Shown here: positions 1 to 8,579 of the stretch, piece after piece
Numbering within the stretch: the first letter of the stretch is position 1
How the letters are laid out: every line of letters starts with the position of its first letter
Assembly: GCA_002726275.1 (NCBI GenBank)
Contig: PBSO01000025.1
Location: 2,147 to 66,146 of the forward strand
Reading direction: 5' to 3'
DNA from: Methanobacteriota archaeon
GTDB taxonomy: Archaea > Thermoplasmatota > Poseidoniia > Poseidoniales > Thalassarchaeaceae
Length of the DNA stretch: 64,000 nucleotides
Program-made: the position numbers and the translations under genes
The notes under the pieces: model-generated
Told to the model about the DNA's origin: nothing
Database searches by the model: none
What the model saw: the letters and a program-made list of their open reading frames with translations, nothing else

Positions 1-923
1 GCTGCCTTATGGCTGGAGTTCCAAGTAGAACCCACTTTACAGGCCTTAATTGCAGCCTCTTCGGCGTCAAGGACTAGGTTGTAAATTTCTCTCTGGGGTT
101 CTGTGAACTTACCATTAACAGGCCATGTTCTTGTGATGTCTGAAGCGTATCCGTGAACCTCGCATCCGGCATCAACAAGGACCAAGTCACCGTCTTCAAT
201 CGAGTCTGAGTTACTACCGTAATGGAGTATCGTGGCATTGTCTCCACCGCCAACGATCGATTTGTAGCTCCACTGGCTCCTCGAATCGATGAAGTGACCC
301 TCGATAACGGATTGGATTTGCCACTCTCCAATCCCGGGGTGTGTTGCGCGCATCGCCTTCACGTGAGCATCGGAGGCGATTTTCGATGCTTCCTTCATTA
401 CATCGATTTCTGCTTCGGATTTTACGGTCCTCATAACATCCAATAGCGTACGGGGATCCGGGATATCGGACATCTTGGAACCCGAAATAATGCCGTCTAT
501 TTTAGAGTCGATACCGATGATAGCAGATGGTTTCAAGCCCGACTCAATTTTCTTGGAGATGTATTCTTCTGCGTCGTTTATCGAAAGTGAGTTATCTATC
601 GGCCAGCCCTGTAATGCGCCCTCTGGGCCTACTCTCCTCCCTTCCCATATCTCGGCCTTGGTATCTCTGGGTCTGACGAATAGAGTGGTTTGCCATAGGC
701 CGTCATCGAACTTGGCAGTGAGAATAGAGTCGGGTTCCGACCATCCACACAGGTATAGAACGTACGAATTCGCCCTGTATGGATAACTGGTGTCGTTAGA
801 CCTTATTGACACTTGATTATTTGGAATGATGACTAGAGAGTCGATGGGCATGTTCGACAGGAACTCTTCCTGCCTTCTACGATATTCTCCATCTCCAAAG
901 GGTAAATCAGACATTGTATCCAT
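1..923 (-). CDS. Xaa-Pro aminopeptidase (peptidase M24B), 3'-truncated at window edge
   Basis: Reverse-strand translation from ATG (complement of 921-923) reads MDTMSDLPFGDGEYRRRQEEF...HVKAMRATHPGIGEWQIQSVIEGHF...LHYGSNSDSIEDGDLVLVDAGCEVHGYASDITRTWPVNGKF. This is M24 'pita-bread' fold including the DAG..Y.SDITRT metal-site region. The ORF runs off the window, so it is not in the ORF track as a complete ORF. Confidence 0.7.
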   Translation of the reverse strand, partial: MDTMSDLPFGDGEYRRRQEEFLSNMPIDSLVIIPNNQVSIRSNDTSYPYRANSYVLYLCGWSEPDSILTAKFDDGLWQTTLFVRPRDTKAEIWEGRRVGPEGALQGWPIDNSLSINDAEEYISKKIESGLKPSAIIGIDSKIDGIISGSKMSDIPDPRTLLDVMRTVKSEAEIDVMKEASKIASDAHVKAMRATHPGIGEWQIQSVIEGHFIDSRSQWSYKSIVGGGDNATILHYGSNSDSIEDGDLVLVDAGCEVHGYASDITRTWPVNGKFTEPQREIYNLVLDAEEAAIKACKVGSTWNSSHKA

Positions 924-967
924 CTGCCGCGCCTAGGTCCGAGTTCTTGAAATGTAGTAAAGAACTG

Positions 968-2434
968 TCATTTTTCCTCGTCAGGCTGCCACTTAGGTAT
1001 TTCACCCATTGAAGTGGACTTTCTTCTGAACAGAATGGCGGAAGCGAGGAAGGCTGCTGACAAGACTAGGATAATTATCCCCAGAGGTAGCTCATCAGTA
1101 TAATCGGGATGGATCAGTTCCACTGAAATGAATGAATACTGATCATCGTCATCAATTACCTCTATTGTGAGTATCAGCTTCTCAATATTCGATTCGGGCC
1201 ATGTGAAGGACCTCTGGCAGCCCTCGTTCACGGGTTCGTTATTCACCTTCCATACACATCTTAATCCATTGATGTCATTAGTGCTGTCTAGTGATTCTGA
1301 GGCATCCAGATCCCATGTATCTCCAGATGAAAGCCTGATGCTCTCACCATGGGAAACGGACTTTCCGTCGACGGTGAGTTTTGCTGTAGGGATTACATTT
1401 GTAATTGTAATATATCTGGAGACAGATGAATAGAGTCCCCCATCATCTTTAACCCTCAATAGTAGCTCAAAATTCCCAGAAATGTCTGTCTCCAGTGAGA
1501 ACGTGCTCTCACCCTGGGAAACTAAAATTGGGGCTGAGCCGGGGTTTGATCTATCCAATAGAGTCCATATGTGGTATAGGTCCCCCTTCCCCCAATAGCC
1601 ATCGTCTGAGGAGCCCCCGTCGAATAATAGGGCGTCGTCCCCCTCCTGTGCTTCATCTGGGCCAATGATTGAGGAGACAGGGGCATTGTTGTCGACCCTG
1701 ACGGGCACGCAATGGTATGCTACGGATAATTGAGTTGATGATGCTGTCCATGCTGAGTACCAACCATCGTCTAATCCGGATGCGTCTACAATAGCCGAGT
1801 ATTCTCCAATCAAAGACAACGCTCCCTCAACTGGGGATGCGGGTGGGTTGGCACAACTAGTCGAGGGCGAGTCGGCAGATAGGAGTGAAAATGAAATTGT
1901 GGCTGTGGTATCGTAAGAAGCCGCTGACCATCCCGAGAATTCTACTTCACCCACGATCCATGACTCCGATAATGGAGACTCGGGCAATAGTACTGATCCT
2001 GATGAGTTTCCAATGAATGCAGCAATGGACGATGAGGTTGTATTCTGAGCGATGTCGGATATCGAAATCTGTAGGATGCACGAACAGTCGCCTATCTCGT
2101 CTGGATCAATAGTGGCCTCCCATGACCACTTCAACAAATTGCCATACTCATGTGACTCGCTGAATTGCAAGGTGCCACCCCCTCTCACCACGAAATCTTC
2201 GCCCGATTGCTCTAATGCCGACCAAAATGCCTCTGATGGCTCATTCGCCGAAACAAGAAAACCTGAGATGGTGGAATGCTCAGAAATTTGCATTCCATTT
2301 TCGTCATTGAAACCAATAAACGAGGTGGTGGACTCTTCAGCCGCAGCCGAATGAGCAAAAGCTAGCAACGCAAAGGCCGTCGCCAATGAAATGAACAAGG
2401 GACGCTGATTCACGATTGTGGCCCTATAGAACAT
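968..2434 (-). CDS. secreted/surface-anchored acidic protein (N-terminal signal peptide, C-terminal TM anchor)
   Basis: N-terminus MFYRATIVNQRPLFISLATAFALLAFAHSAAAEE has a hydrophobic signal with AxA site. C-terminus LGIIILVLSAAFLASAILFRRKST is a TM helix followed by basic residues. Body is Ser/Thr/Asp-rich with no catalytic motif recognised. Confidence 0.45.
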   Translation of the reverse strand: MFYRATIVNQRPLFISLATAFALLAFAHSAAAEESTTSFIGFNDENGMQISEHSTISGFLVSANEPSEAFWSALEQSGEDFVVRGGGTLQFSESHEYGNLLKWSWEATIDPDEIGDCSCILQISISDIAQNTTSSSIAAFIGNSSGSVLLPESPLSESWIVGEVEFSGWSAASYDTTATISFSLLSADSPSTSCANPPASPVEGALSLIGEYSAIVDASGLDDGWYSAWTASSTQLSVAYHCVPVRVDNNAPVSSIIGPDEAQEGDDALLFDGGSSDDGYWGKGDLYHIWTLLDRSNPGSAPILVSQGESTFSLETDISGNFELLLRVKDDGGLYSSVSRYITITNVIPTAKLTVDGKSVSHGESIRLSSGDTWDLDASESLDSTNDINGLRCVWKVNNEPVNEGCQRSFTWPESNIEKLILTIEVIDDDDQYSFISVELIHPDYTDELPLGIIILVLSAAFLASAILFRRKSTSMGEIPKWQPDEEK

Positions 2435-2461
2435 GTCTTGAACCCCTTGGGTTCATGTTCC

Positions 2462-3598
2462 TCATCTATCGGAAATCTGCAGCTTCCACGATAGCTCGTC
2501 AAGCCATATCCCCAAGGTGTCACTGTCGACGAACTCCTGGCTAGACTCGGCCGTTAGTACACACTCACAAGCTGCAGCAGCTAGTGATGTAGCATCCATA
2601 ATATCCAGTCCATTGCCAAGAGCAGCTGCTAGGGCTGTTGCAGCAGCGTCATGAAGGCCGATCTGTTGTCTGGGTGCGTCGGCCCTGCAAGGGATGGCCA
2701 TCTCCCTCCCATCAGGAAGATAGAGATTAGTTCCTTCGACTCCACCAAGGACGACTATTGCTCCCCAATCGTATTTAGAAATTAGCTCGGAAGCTGTCTC
2801 AGATGTGCTTTCCAGCATCAGTCTTCTTCTTTGTAATTCAAGACCCCTCATACCGAAAATCACTGCATCTGCCCCCTGGCTTCTGGAAAGGCCGGTCAAT
2901 TTTGGATCTACAATACAAGGGAGCTTCAATTTCTTGGCATTTGAGATGAGCTTTGAGGCCCCCGATTCGGTCAATACGCCTTTGTGATAATCTGATAGGA
3001 CTATCGCTTTGCTGTTTGGCATTGACTCGAGAGCGGCATCGATTAACTGATCGCTGACCGATTTACTCAATTCTTCCAATGGGCCCCTATCCGCCTGAAG
3101 GAGCACCTGACTCTGGTCCAGTAGGCTTTCCCTACTGCCATAAAACCTAATCTTTGTCAATGTCTTTCGGTTAGGGACAACAGTGATTCCAGATGTTTCA
3201 ATTCCATCGTTAGAAATCATCTCTAGAATCCTATTTCCTTCAGCATCATCCCCTACGCAAGAGAAAAAATCTACGTCCATGCCCAATGAGTTTAGGCCTC
3301 TTGCTATATGGGCAGCAGCCCCTGGCGACTCTTCCGAGCGGATGATTCTCAGCGCCGGCACAGGAGCTGTTGAGTTGAGATTGTTGGCATATCCATGATG
3401 GTACCTATCAAGCATCACATCACCAATCAATGTGACCCTTGTACCCTCAAAATCATCGAGCAGGGCGCTCAGTCTGCGTAGTGTTTCGGCCTCAGTTCGG
3501 TCCTCGTTCTGTGACTCCATGTATGCTGCGAGTAGGATGTGGCGAATGATACTTACTAGACCGGCGGAATCAAGTTTGGGATGCCATCGTAATGGCAT
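2462..3598 (-). CDS. PfkB-family carbohydrate kinase, RfaE/HldE domain-I-like (heptose-7-phosphate kinase-like)
   Basis: Segment GDVMLDRYHHGYANNLNSTAPVPALRIIRSEESPGAAAHIARGLNSLGMDVDFFSCVGDDAEGNRILEMISNDGIE matches the RfaE domain I / ribokinase N-terminal pattern (G-D-x-M-L-D-x-Y, APVP, GGAANVA-like). C-terminal GG/anion-hole region AIVVLGGVEGTNLY. Confidence 0.5.
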   Translation of the reverse strand: MPLRWHPKLDSAGLVSIIRHILLAAYMESQNEDRTEAETLRRLSALLDDFEGTRVTLIGDVMLDRYHHGYANNLNSTAPVPALRIIRSEESPGAAAHIARGLNSLGMDVDFFSCVGDDAEGNRILEMISNDGIETSGITVVPNRKTLTKIRFYGSRESLLDQSQVLLQADRGPLEELSKSVSDQLIDAALESMPNSKAIVLSDYHKGVLTESGASKLISNAKKLKLPCIVDPKLTGLSRSQGADAVIFGMRGLELQRRRLMLESTSETASELISKYDWGAIVVLGGVEGTNLYLPDGREMAIPCRADAPRQQIGLHDAAATALAAALGNGLDIMDATSLAAAACECVLTAESSQEFVDSDTLGIWLDELSWKLQISDR

Positions 3599-4679
3599 GG
3601 AGCGCGTCGAGGGGGGGTGGATCTACGATGGTCCCGCGGCTGATAGGTTATGGCATAAGTCGGCCATAGGCAGGCCAATATCTGACGGATGTCTGATTCT
3701 CACGGCATGTGAACTAATCTTCTGTAGAGACCATAGGCATGTTGAATTTCCCAGTGATGACTGGTTAATGGGGGTAATGAGGGAAGGTGGAGATGCTATT
3801 CTTGAAGGAGTGATAATGGAGGCGCTCAGGGTGCCAGGGAACAAGATTGTTCTGAAGGGGAATCTCGATAGCATGGGGCTTGAGCACTCAGAGGAATCAT
3901 GGGGCCTGAGATGGGTCTCGGATATGCACCCTAGGAATGATTCGCCGGTTGCAGAGGTTAGATGGTTCACGGACACTGAGCATTTTGATGCAAAGAAGGA
4001 TTTGTATCAGTGGACAAAGGAAGTTGAGGAAAGAGGCAGAATAGCCGAGGCGATAGTTATTGATGAAGAGTTGTCAGTAGTGACATATCACCTGTCGATA
4101 GCGAATCCTACTGGAATTCTTGAGCCGCCCTCCGAAGAGGGTTTCATGAAGATCTCGTGCCGTGACTACGTGGAGACTCACACAGGTGGTGCCTTCTTCA
4201 CAGATACAGATGAGTGGCCATCTGAAGCCATCGGAGTCCCAATTCATGGTGGCAGGCAGCTGGATTGGGTTGAGAGAGAGCTAGTTCACGTTCTGGGGAA
4301 TTCATCATTCGACTTTGATATCGATAGTTTTTCTACGGGTTTAACAATTCCTGAACTTGGGATGACAAGGACTGCCAGCCTATTGAAGGAACTCTGGGAC
4401 AGGGGCCTCAATACCCGGTCCGGATTCAAATTCGGGACAACCTGGAGATGTTATGCAGGACCAATTGGAGAGGAACATGCCCCTTGGCTGATCAATGATC
4501 CAGATGATGGAGGAAAGATAGTGAGTGATTGGGGGAGGGCTTGCCTGACATCTAGACTTGCCTCCGGTGTGAACAAGCATTGGATTTGCCCAATAGACGT
4601 GAGCACGGGGGACTGGAGGTTCCTTGAAATCTCGAGGCCACCGGCCGACTCAAGGTGGAGCAATCCCAGCAAGAGGTAA
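3597..4679 (+). CDS. candidate tRNA-splicing endonuclease (EndA), long duplicated-domain form; otherwise hypothetical
   Basis: C-terminal region LWDRGLNTRSGFKFGTTWRCYAGPIGEEHAPWLI resembles the EndA catalytic motif (SG.KFG.DF..Y ... H...V). Start moved from track ORF start 3432 to ATG 3597 to avoid 160-bp overlap with the convergent kinase gene. Confidence 0.4.
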   Translation: MERVEGGWIYDGPAADRLWHKSAIGRPISDGCLILTACELIFCRDHRHVEFPSDDWLMGVMREGGDAILEGVIMEALRVPGNKIVLKGNLDSMGLEHSEESWGLRWVSDMHPRNDSPVAEVRWFTDTEHFDAKKDLYQWTKEVEERGRIAEAIVIDEELSVVTYHLSIANPTGILEPPSEEGFMKISCRDYVETHTGGAFFTDTDEWPSEAIGVPIHGGRQLDWVERELVHVLGNSSFDFDIDSFSTGLTIPELGMTRTASLLKELWDRGLNTRSGFKFGTTWRCYAGPIGEEHAPWLINDPDDGGKIVSDWGRACLTSRLASGVNKHWICPIDVSTGDWRFLEISRPPADSRWSNPSKR

Positions 4680-6653
4680 TTATTCCCTCTTCTGACCTGT
4701 CAAAACGGACAGTGCTAGGAGGATGCAAATTATAGGAAGGCCATTTGAGGGCTTTGAAAGCCATCCCAAAATACCGTTACCCGTAAAGGGAGACTCTGCT
4801 ATCAGAGTTACTCCCACCCTATTCTCAAGTCCGCTTTCGTCTTGGAAAACCACCTCTCCCCTTGCATACATGCCTGGCTCCATTAGCCCCAAGGGATCTA
4901 TCTCGATAACTAGTGGGTCACCGGGCCCTATCTCCCCTTGGGTAGTCACTGTTGCAATCCTAGCGGCGGCGCCCTCAATAGCAATGAAATAATCCCTCGG
5001 ACCAGTGCCCTCATAGTCCAAATCTATGGATATCGAAGATGGTTTCTCCCAGTCAATTACCGACTCTAAATTCTGAGATGTGATTCTGTTTCCAATCTTC
5101 TGCCAATTCAATCTGATGGAAACTGGGTTCTCGCCTTCACAACCGATTGAGCCAATCAATGTCCCCATCTGCAATGAGGTGTCTGAGTACCTAAGTATCG
5201 GGACTTCGGATAATCCAGCAGGAATTACTATGGATTTCTCCACGGGACTGCCAAGAACGGCGCTGACATTGACAATTAAGTTGCACTGAGAAGGAGTATT
5301 TACCAGTGCATATGATGACTCCCCATCAAGCAACTGAATGGGGTTTCTCTCTGTAAGCACGGAGGTGGTTGGGGTGCTAGAAGTCATAATTTCTATTGTA
5401 GCAGAGCTATCAAGAATCTGTGTAACAGTAGCGGTCCAATGAACCACTCTCCCCCTATTGTCCCTAATTACTACACCTTGTGAACCGAATGAGTCGTTAA
5501 CAGAAAATGTGTCTCCTTCACTACCTGAGTCACGGTTCCTTACCAGAGCATCGTCCCCATCAGCTTCTATGATCTTGACCCAAGCATAATTTGGATCGTG
5601 GTTAACAGTGTTGTCTTCTGAGTTTCCGTTATTCACATCCTGGTACTCGACAATGATGCCATGTCCGGGCAAAGCGGAGTCGAAGCCACTATCTGAGCGT
5701 AGGGAGATTAGGACCCTCTCACCAGGTGCTGTCTCAAGAGAGAGTACCCTCGTAGCTAGAGATACACTACTAATCGAATCAATTTCGTATGAGCCATCTA
5801 GAGAAGTGTCGATTTCAATGATGCCATTGGAACTCACCAAATCCAGTGTTGCTGCTCCGGGCATGGAGGGGGTTCTTCCATTGTCATTCCAATTGCCGCT
5901 GGCCATTATGTCCCAATCACCAAGTCCATTCCAGTTATTTGAGGGGAGTTCTGAATGGACATCATATAGGTCAAAAGCGCCCATCTGGTGTAACATCTCG
6001 TGAACTACTGTTCCCAAACCGCTGTTCAATGAAGAAATTGTGTAATGCTCTACTGTCCATTCGCCAATAGATATGGGTTCTTGTAACTCTGAGAAGTGGC
6101 TCCATATCGAGTTTGATGAGGCTCCCGATTCCTGTGCTTCTCCTGAATGGAGTACCAGAAGTCTATCCACAATTCCATCGCCATTGTAGTCCCATCTCGA
6201 TAAGTTGGAGTTACCTAGAAGGGCATATACTGAGTCTTCGACTAATCCCTCTACCCCCCTACCGTCAATCCCTGAGTCCCTAGTACCTGGTGAATCGGCG
6301 CCCCAATAGCCCTCGTCTTCAGATGAAATCCAAACTTCCTCAGATAATGTCACCGTAAGCGTAGAGTGGCCTCCTGACATCTGTCTCACATATTGCGAAG
6401 CTGAGAGATGGGGTGACCCATCCCCATCCATATCGAAGATGGATTCAGTTATTGACTCGGAGTGAGGTTTTCCGGGAAAGGCGACGCGAAGAACAAGCCA
6501 TTCTTCGCTATTCTGCAATCCGACCAAATTTGAGTCTTGATCGTTATCGTCTATCCCTGGAGTCACTTTCGAATCGACCAAATCAGGATTCAGATTTATC
6601 ATGCCACCAAGAAGAATCAGGACAAGCGCTACCGCGTAACGTACTGACTTCAT
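4680..6653 (-). CDS. secreted zinc metalloprotease, HExxHxxGxxD (M6/InhA-like), with C-terminal TM anchor
   Basis: Signal peptide MKSVRYAVALVLILLGGMINLNPD. Motif TVVHEMLHQMGAFDLYD is HExxH plus a downstream Gly/Asp, as in immune inhibitor A-type metallopeptidases. C-terminal hydrophobic segment LPIICILLALSVLTGQKRE. Confidence 0.55.
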   Translation of the reverse strand: MKSVRYAVALVLILLGGMINLNPDLVDSKVTPGIDDNDQDSNLVGLQNSEEWLVLRVAFPGKPHSESITESIFDMDGDGSPHLSASQYVRQMSGGHSTLTVTLSEEVWISSEDEGYWGADSPGTRDSGIDGRGVEGLVEDSVYALLGNSNLSRWDYNGDGIVDRLLVLHSGEAQESGASSNSIWSHFSELQEPISIGEWTVEHYTISSLNSGLGTVVHEMLHQMGAFDLYDVHSELPSNNWNGLGDWDIMASGNWNDNGRTPSMPGAATLDLVSSNGIIEIDTSLDGSYEIDSISSVSLATRVLSLETAPGERVLISLRSDSGFDSALPGHGIIVEYQDVNNGNSEDNTVNHDPNYAWVKIIEADGDDALVRNRDSGSEGDTFSVNDSFGSQGVVIRDNRGRVVHWTATVTQILDSSATIEIMTSSTPTTSVLTERNPIQLLDGESSYALVNTPSQCNLIVNVSAVLGSPVEKSIVIPAGLSEVPILRYSDTSLQMGTLIGSIGCEGENPVSIRLNWQKIGNRITSQNLESVIDWEKPSSISIDLDYEGTGPRDYFIAIEGAAARIATVTTQGEIGPGDPLVIEIDPLGLMEPGMYARGEVVFQDESGLENRVGVTLIAESPFTGNGILGWLSKPSNGLPIICILLALSVLTGQKRE

Positions 6654-6727
6654 GGTATACCGTGATCAAGCGTGGCTTTCAAGTAAATGTAATCGTGATC
6701 GTGGATGGATGGAATATGGCGAGATAG

Positions 6728-7453
6728 TCAATCACGGAAAGGCATCAACTTTGAAAATTGGTCAGCTGCAAATATCGCTAACACGGCGATAACTATCCTA
6801 AGTCCGTCATAGACCAATGGAAGAGTTAGGATGAGCATGCCTGCCGACATTAGCATTAACCTGATCCTGAACCTTGTCTCCTCGCCCCCTGAGGAAAGAA
6901 TGAGTCGTGAGAGTGCTAGAGCCAGTGATGTCAGTGTGACGATCAAAACGACCCATGTCATTCCAAGTGAAATCTCTACGACCTTGCTCACGTCATACAT
7001 TTCCTCGACGCCATTAATCGAACCTATTTCTTCTGAAACTGAGAAAATGGCAGATATCCCCCAGGTCCAAATTACCACGGTTAGCAATGGTGCAATTATA
7101 GAGAAAATCGAGAGTAGAGTTGCAAGCCACCTTCTTTCATCAACGTAAAGACCTGTTCTCGAGAAGCGATAAATGAGTATTGAGAAGATAGGAAGTACGG
7201 AAACCGAAGAGAGTAATAATATCAGGGTCCACCTAACTCCTATCCAATCCATGGGCGAGTACAGGGACATTGCAGACTCATTACTCTCGGAAGATGCTGC
7301 TAATACCCAATCACCAATCGTCGATGTTGAAATTGTTGACCATAGTGCAGCAAAAATTAACAGAAAAAGGGAGGTTTTTCTGAATACAGAATGTAATTCT
7401 GAAAAATGATTGGGTGATTTTCCATCAGGCTCGGAATGCTGTCTTACTGACAT
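6728..7453 (-). CDS. hypothetical multi-pass membrane protein
   Basis: 241 aa with at least 6 hydrophobic helices (LFLLIFAALWSTI, WTLILLLSSVSVLPIFSILIY, LATLLSIFSIIAPLLTVVIWTWGISAIF, VVLIVTLTSLALAL, LMLMSAGMLILTLPLVY, IVIAVLAIFAA). No recognised motif. Confidence 0.4.
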   Translation of the reverse strand: MSVRQHSEPDGKSPNHFSELHSVFRKTSLFLLIFAALWSTISTSTIGDWVLAASSESNESAMSLYSPMDWIGVRWTLILLLSSVSVLPIFSILIYRFSRTGLYVDERRWLATLLSIFSIIAPLLTVVIWTWGISAIFSVSEEIGSINGVEEMYDVSKVVEISLGMTWVVLIVTLTSLALALSRLILSSGGEETRFRIRLMLMSAGMLILTLPLVYDGLRIVIAVLAIFAADQFSKLMPFRD

Positions 7454-7454
7454 A

Positions 7455-8573
7455 TCACATGCGATCCTTTACCGATGGTTCAGTTCTTGCTGCTAGTATT
7501 GTCCTATAGACCCCATAAGCAAACAGGATACTAGTCAGGAACGCGCACCCTATCAGGAACCCCGTAAGGTCTGTGACGTGAGTCCCCTCTTCTACGACTG
7601 CCGGGGGTGGGAAGTAGATTGCAGTGTCGGATGCGGTCCAATTCACCGCGACGATGAATGATACAATGCTCATAATTGACCTCCTAATTGCTTGTGGGTA
7701 AGCGAGCTCCATTGCAAGGAACTCTGGGCCATCGTCATACTTCCTCTCCAGAATCTCCCTCTGTAGTATGGCACCGAAAATCAACGCCACTAGGCTTGTC
7801 CAGAAGAATAGATTTCCTTGTGAGAAAACTGCATGCGATAGTGCCTCTTGCCTCTCTGCTTCTTTCTGTGAGTCTGACTCCTCTATGACAAATAATGTAT
7901 CATAATCTCCGACTGATATTGTCCTGGTATCCAAGGTAGCGCCGGATTCGTCAGAAGTCACAGTCCCTGGTGGGTTGATGGTGAACGATAATACGTTCCA
8001 GTAGTCTGAATCGTCTGGAACACCGCCGCCATCAACAGAGTTTCCAGCTAGCCAGAAGTAAATGGGACCTATGTCATCTGAGGGAGCCGTCCAAACCACT
8101 GTCCATATCCCGTCTGAGTCTGGTTCGGAGTGGGAGATATCATCAGGGGCGCCGTCTGCCTGTCTGATGTCCTGATCATCTGACCAGCTGAAAGTTCCGT
8201 TTGACTCCGAAGTCATCAGGAATCCAGCCTTTTTATTTCCCTCTCCACCCGAGAGTGTTAGCGAGTCTGCAACGGTAATCGTGAACTCGTACGATTGCCC
8301 TGGGTCGTACATCACAGGGATGCCTGTTATCATCACCACTGCTCTGACGGAAGATGCCCCATTGTTATGACAAGAGCAACCGTACTTGGCGGTGGGGTCG
8401 CCATCACCGTTCTCGCTACTCGGACCCGCGCTCATCCCCATTGCGGGAACTGCTAGAAGTACACCTACGATCAAGACGACGCCGAGCCTCTTCACTGTGG
8501 AGCTCATGTCTGTTACCGAACTGCGTTCGGCAGTGATGGACTCATAACGATTGCTTGGAAACATGATAGTCAT
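7455..8573 (-). CDS. secreted protein with N-terminal G-C-x-C-H motif domain and C-terminal multi-TM anchor (paralog of 51478..52287)
   Basis: Signal/TM LGVVLIVGVLLAVPAMG then YGCSCHNNGASS. Conserved block WTVVWTAPSDDIGPIYFWLAGNSVDGGGVPDDSDYWNVLSFTI aligns with WHISWTAPPSDSGIVTLWLAGNSVNGDGVPSDLDRWNRLSTTI of ORF 51478. Three C-terminal hydrophobic helices. Begins 6 bp after pntB stop. Confidence 0.45.
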   Translation of the reverse strand: MTIMFPSNRYESITAERSSVTDMSSTVKRLGVVLIVGVLLAVPAMGMSAGPSSENGDGDPTAKYGCSCHNNGASSVRAVVMITGIPVMYDPGQSYEFTITVADSLTLSGGEGNKKAGFLMTSESNGTFSWSDDQDIRQADGAPDDISHSEPDSDGIWTVVWTAPSDDIGPIYFWLAGNSVDGGGVPDDSDYWNVLSFTINPPGTVTSDESGATLDTRTISVGDYDTLFVIEESDSQKEAERQEALSHAVFSQGNLFFWTSLVALIFGAILQREILERKYDDGPEFLAMELAYPQAIRRSIMSIVSFIVAVNWTASDTAIYFPPPAVVEEGTHVTDLTGFLIGCAFLTSILFAYGVYRTILAARTEPSVKDRM

Positions 8574-8579
8574 CTCCCA

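Noticed and set aside
3432-3596. Upstream extension of the EndA-candidate ORF (track start 3432)
   Set aside because: It overlaps the 3' end of the convergent kinase gene by ~165 bp. An in-frame ATG at 3597 removes the overlap.
7455-8573. Reading the G-C-x-C-H motif as a c-type haem attachment site
   Set aside because: The canonical haem c site is CxxCH, with rarer CxxxCH/CxxxxCH variants. I know of no CxCH site, so I leave it as an uncharacterised Cys/His motif.
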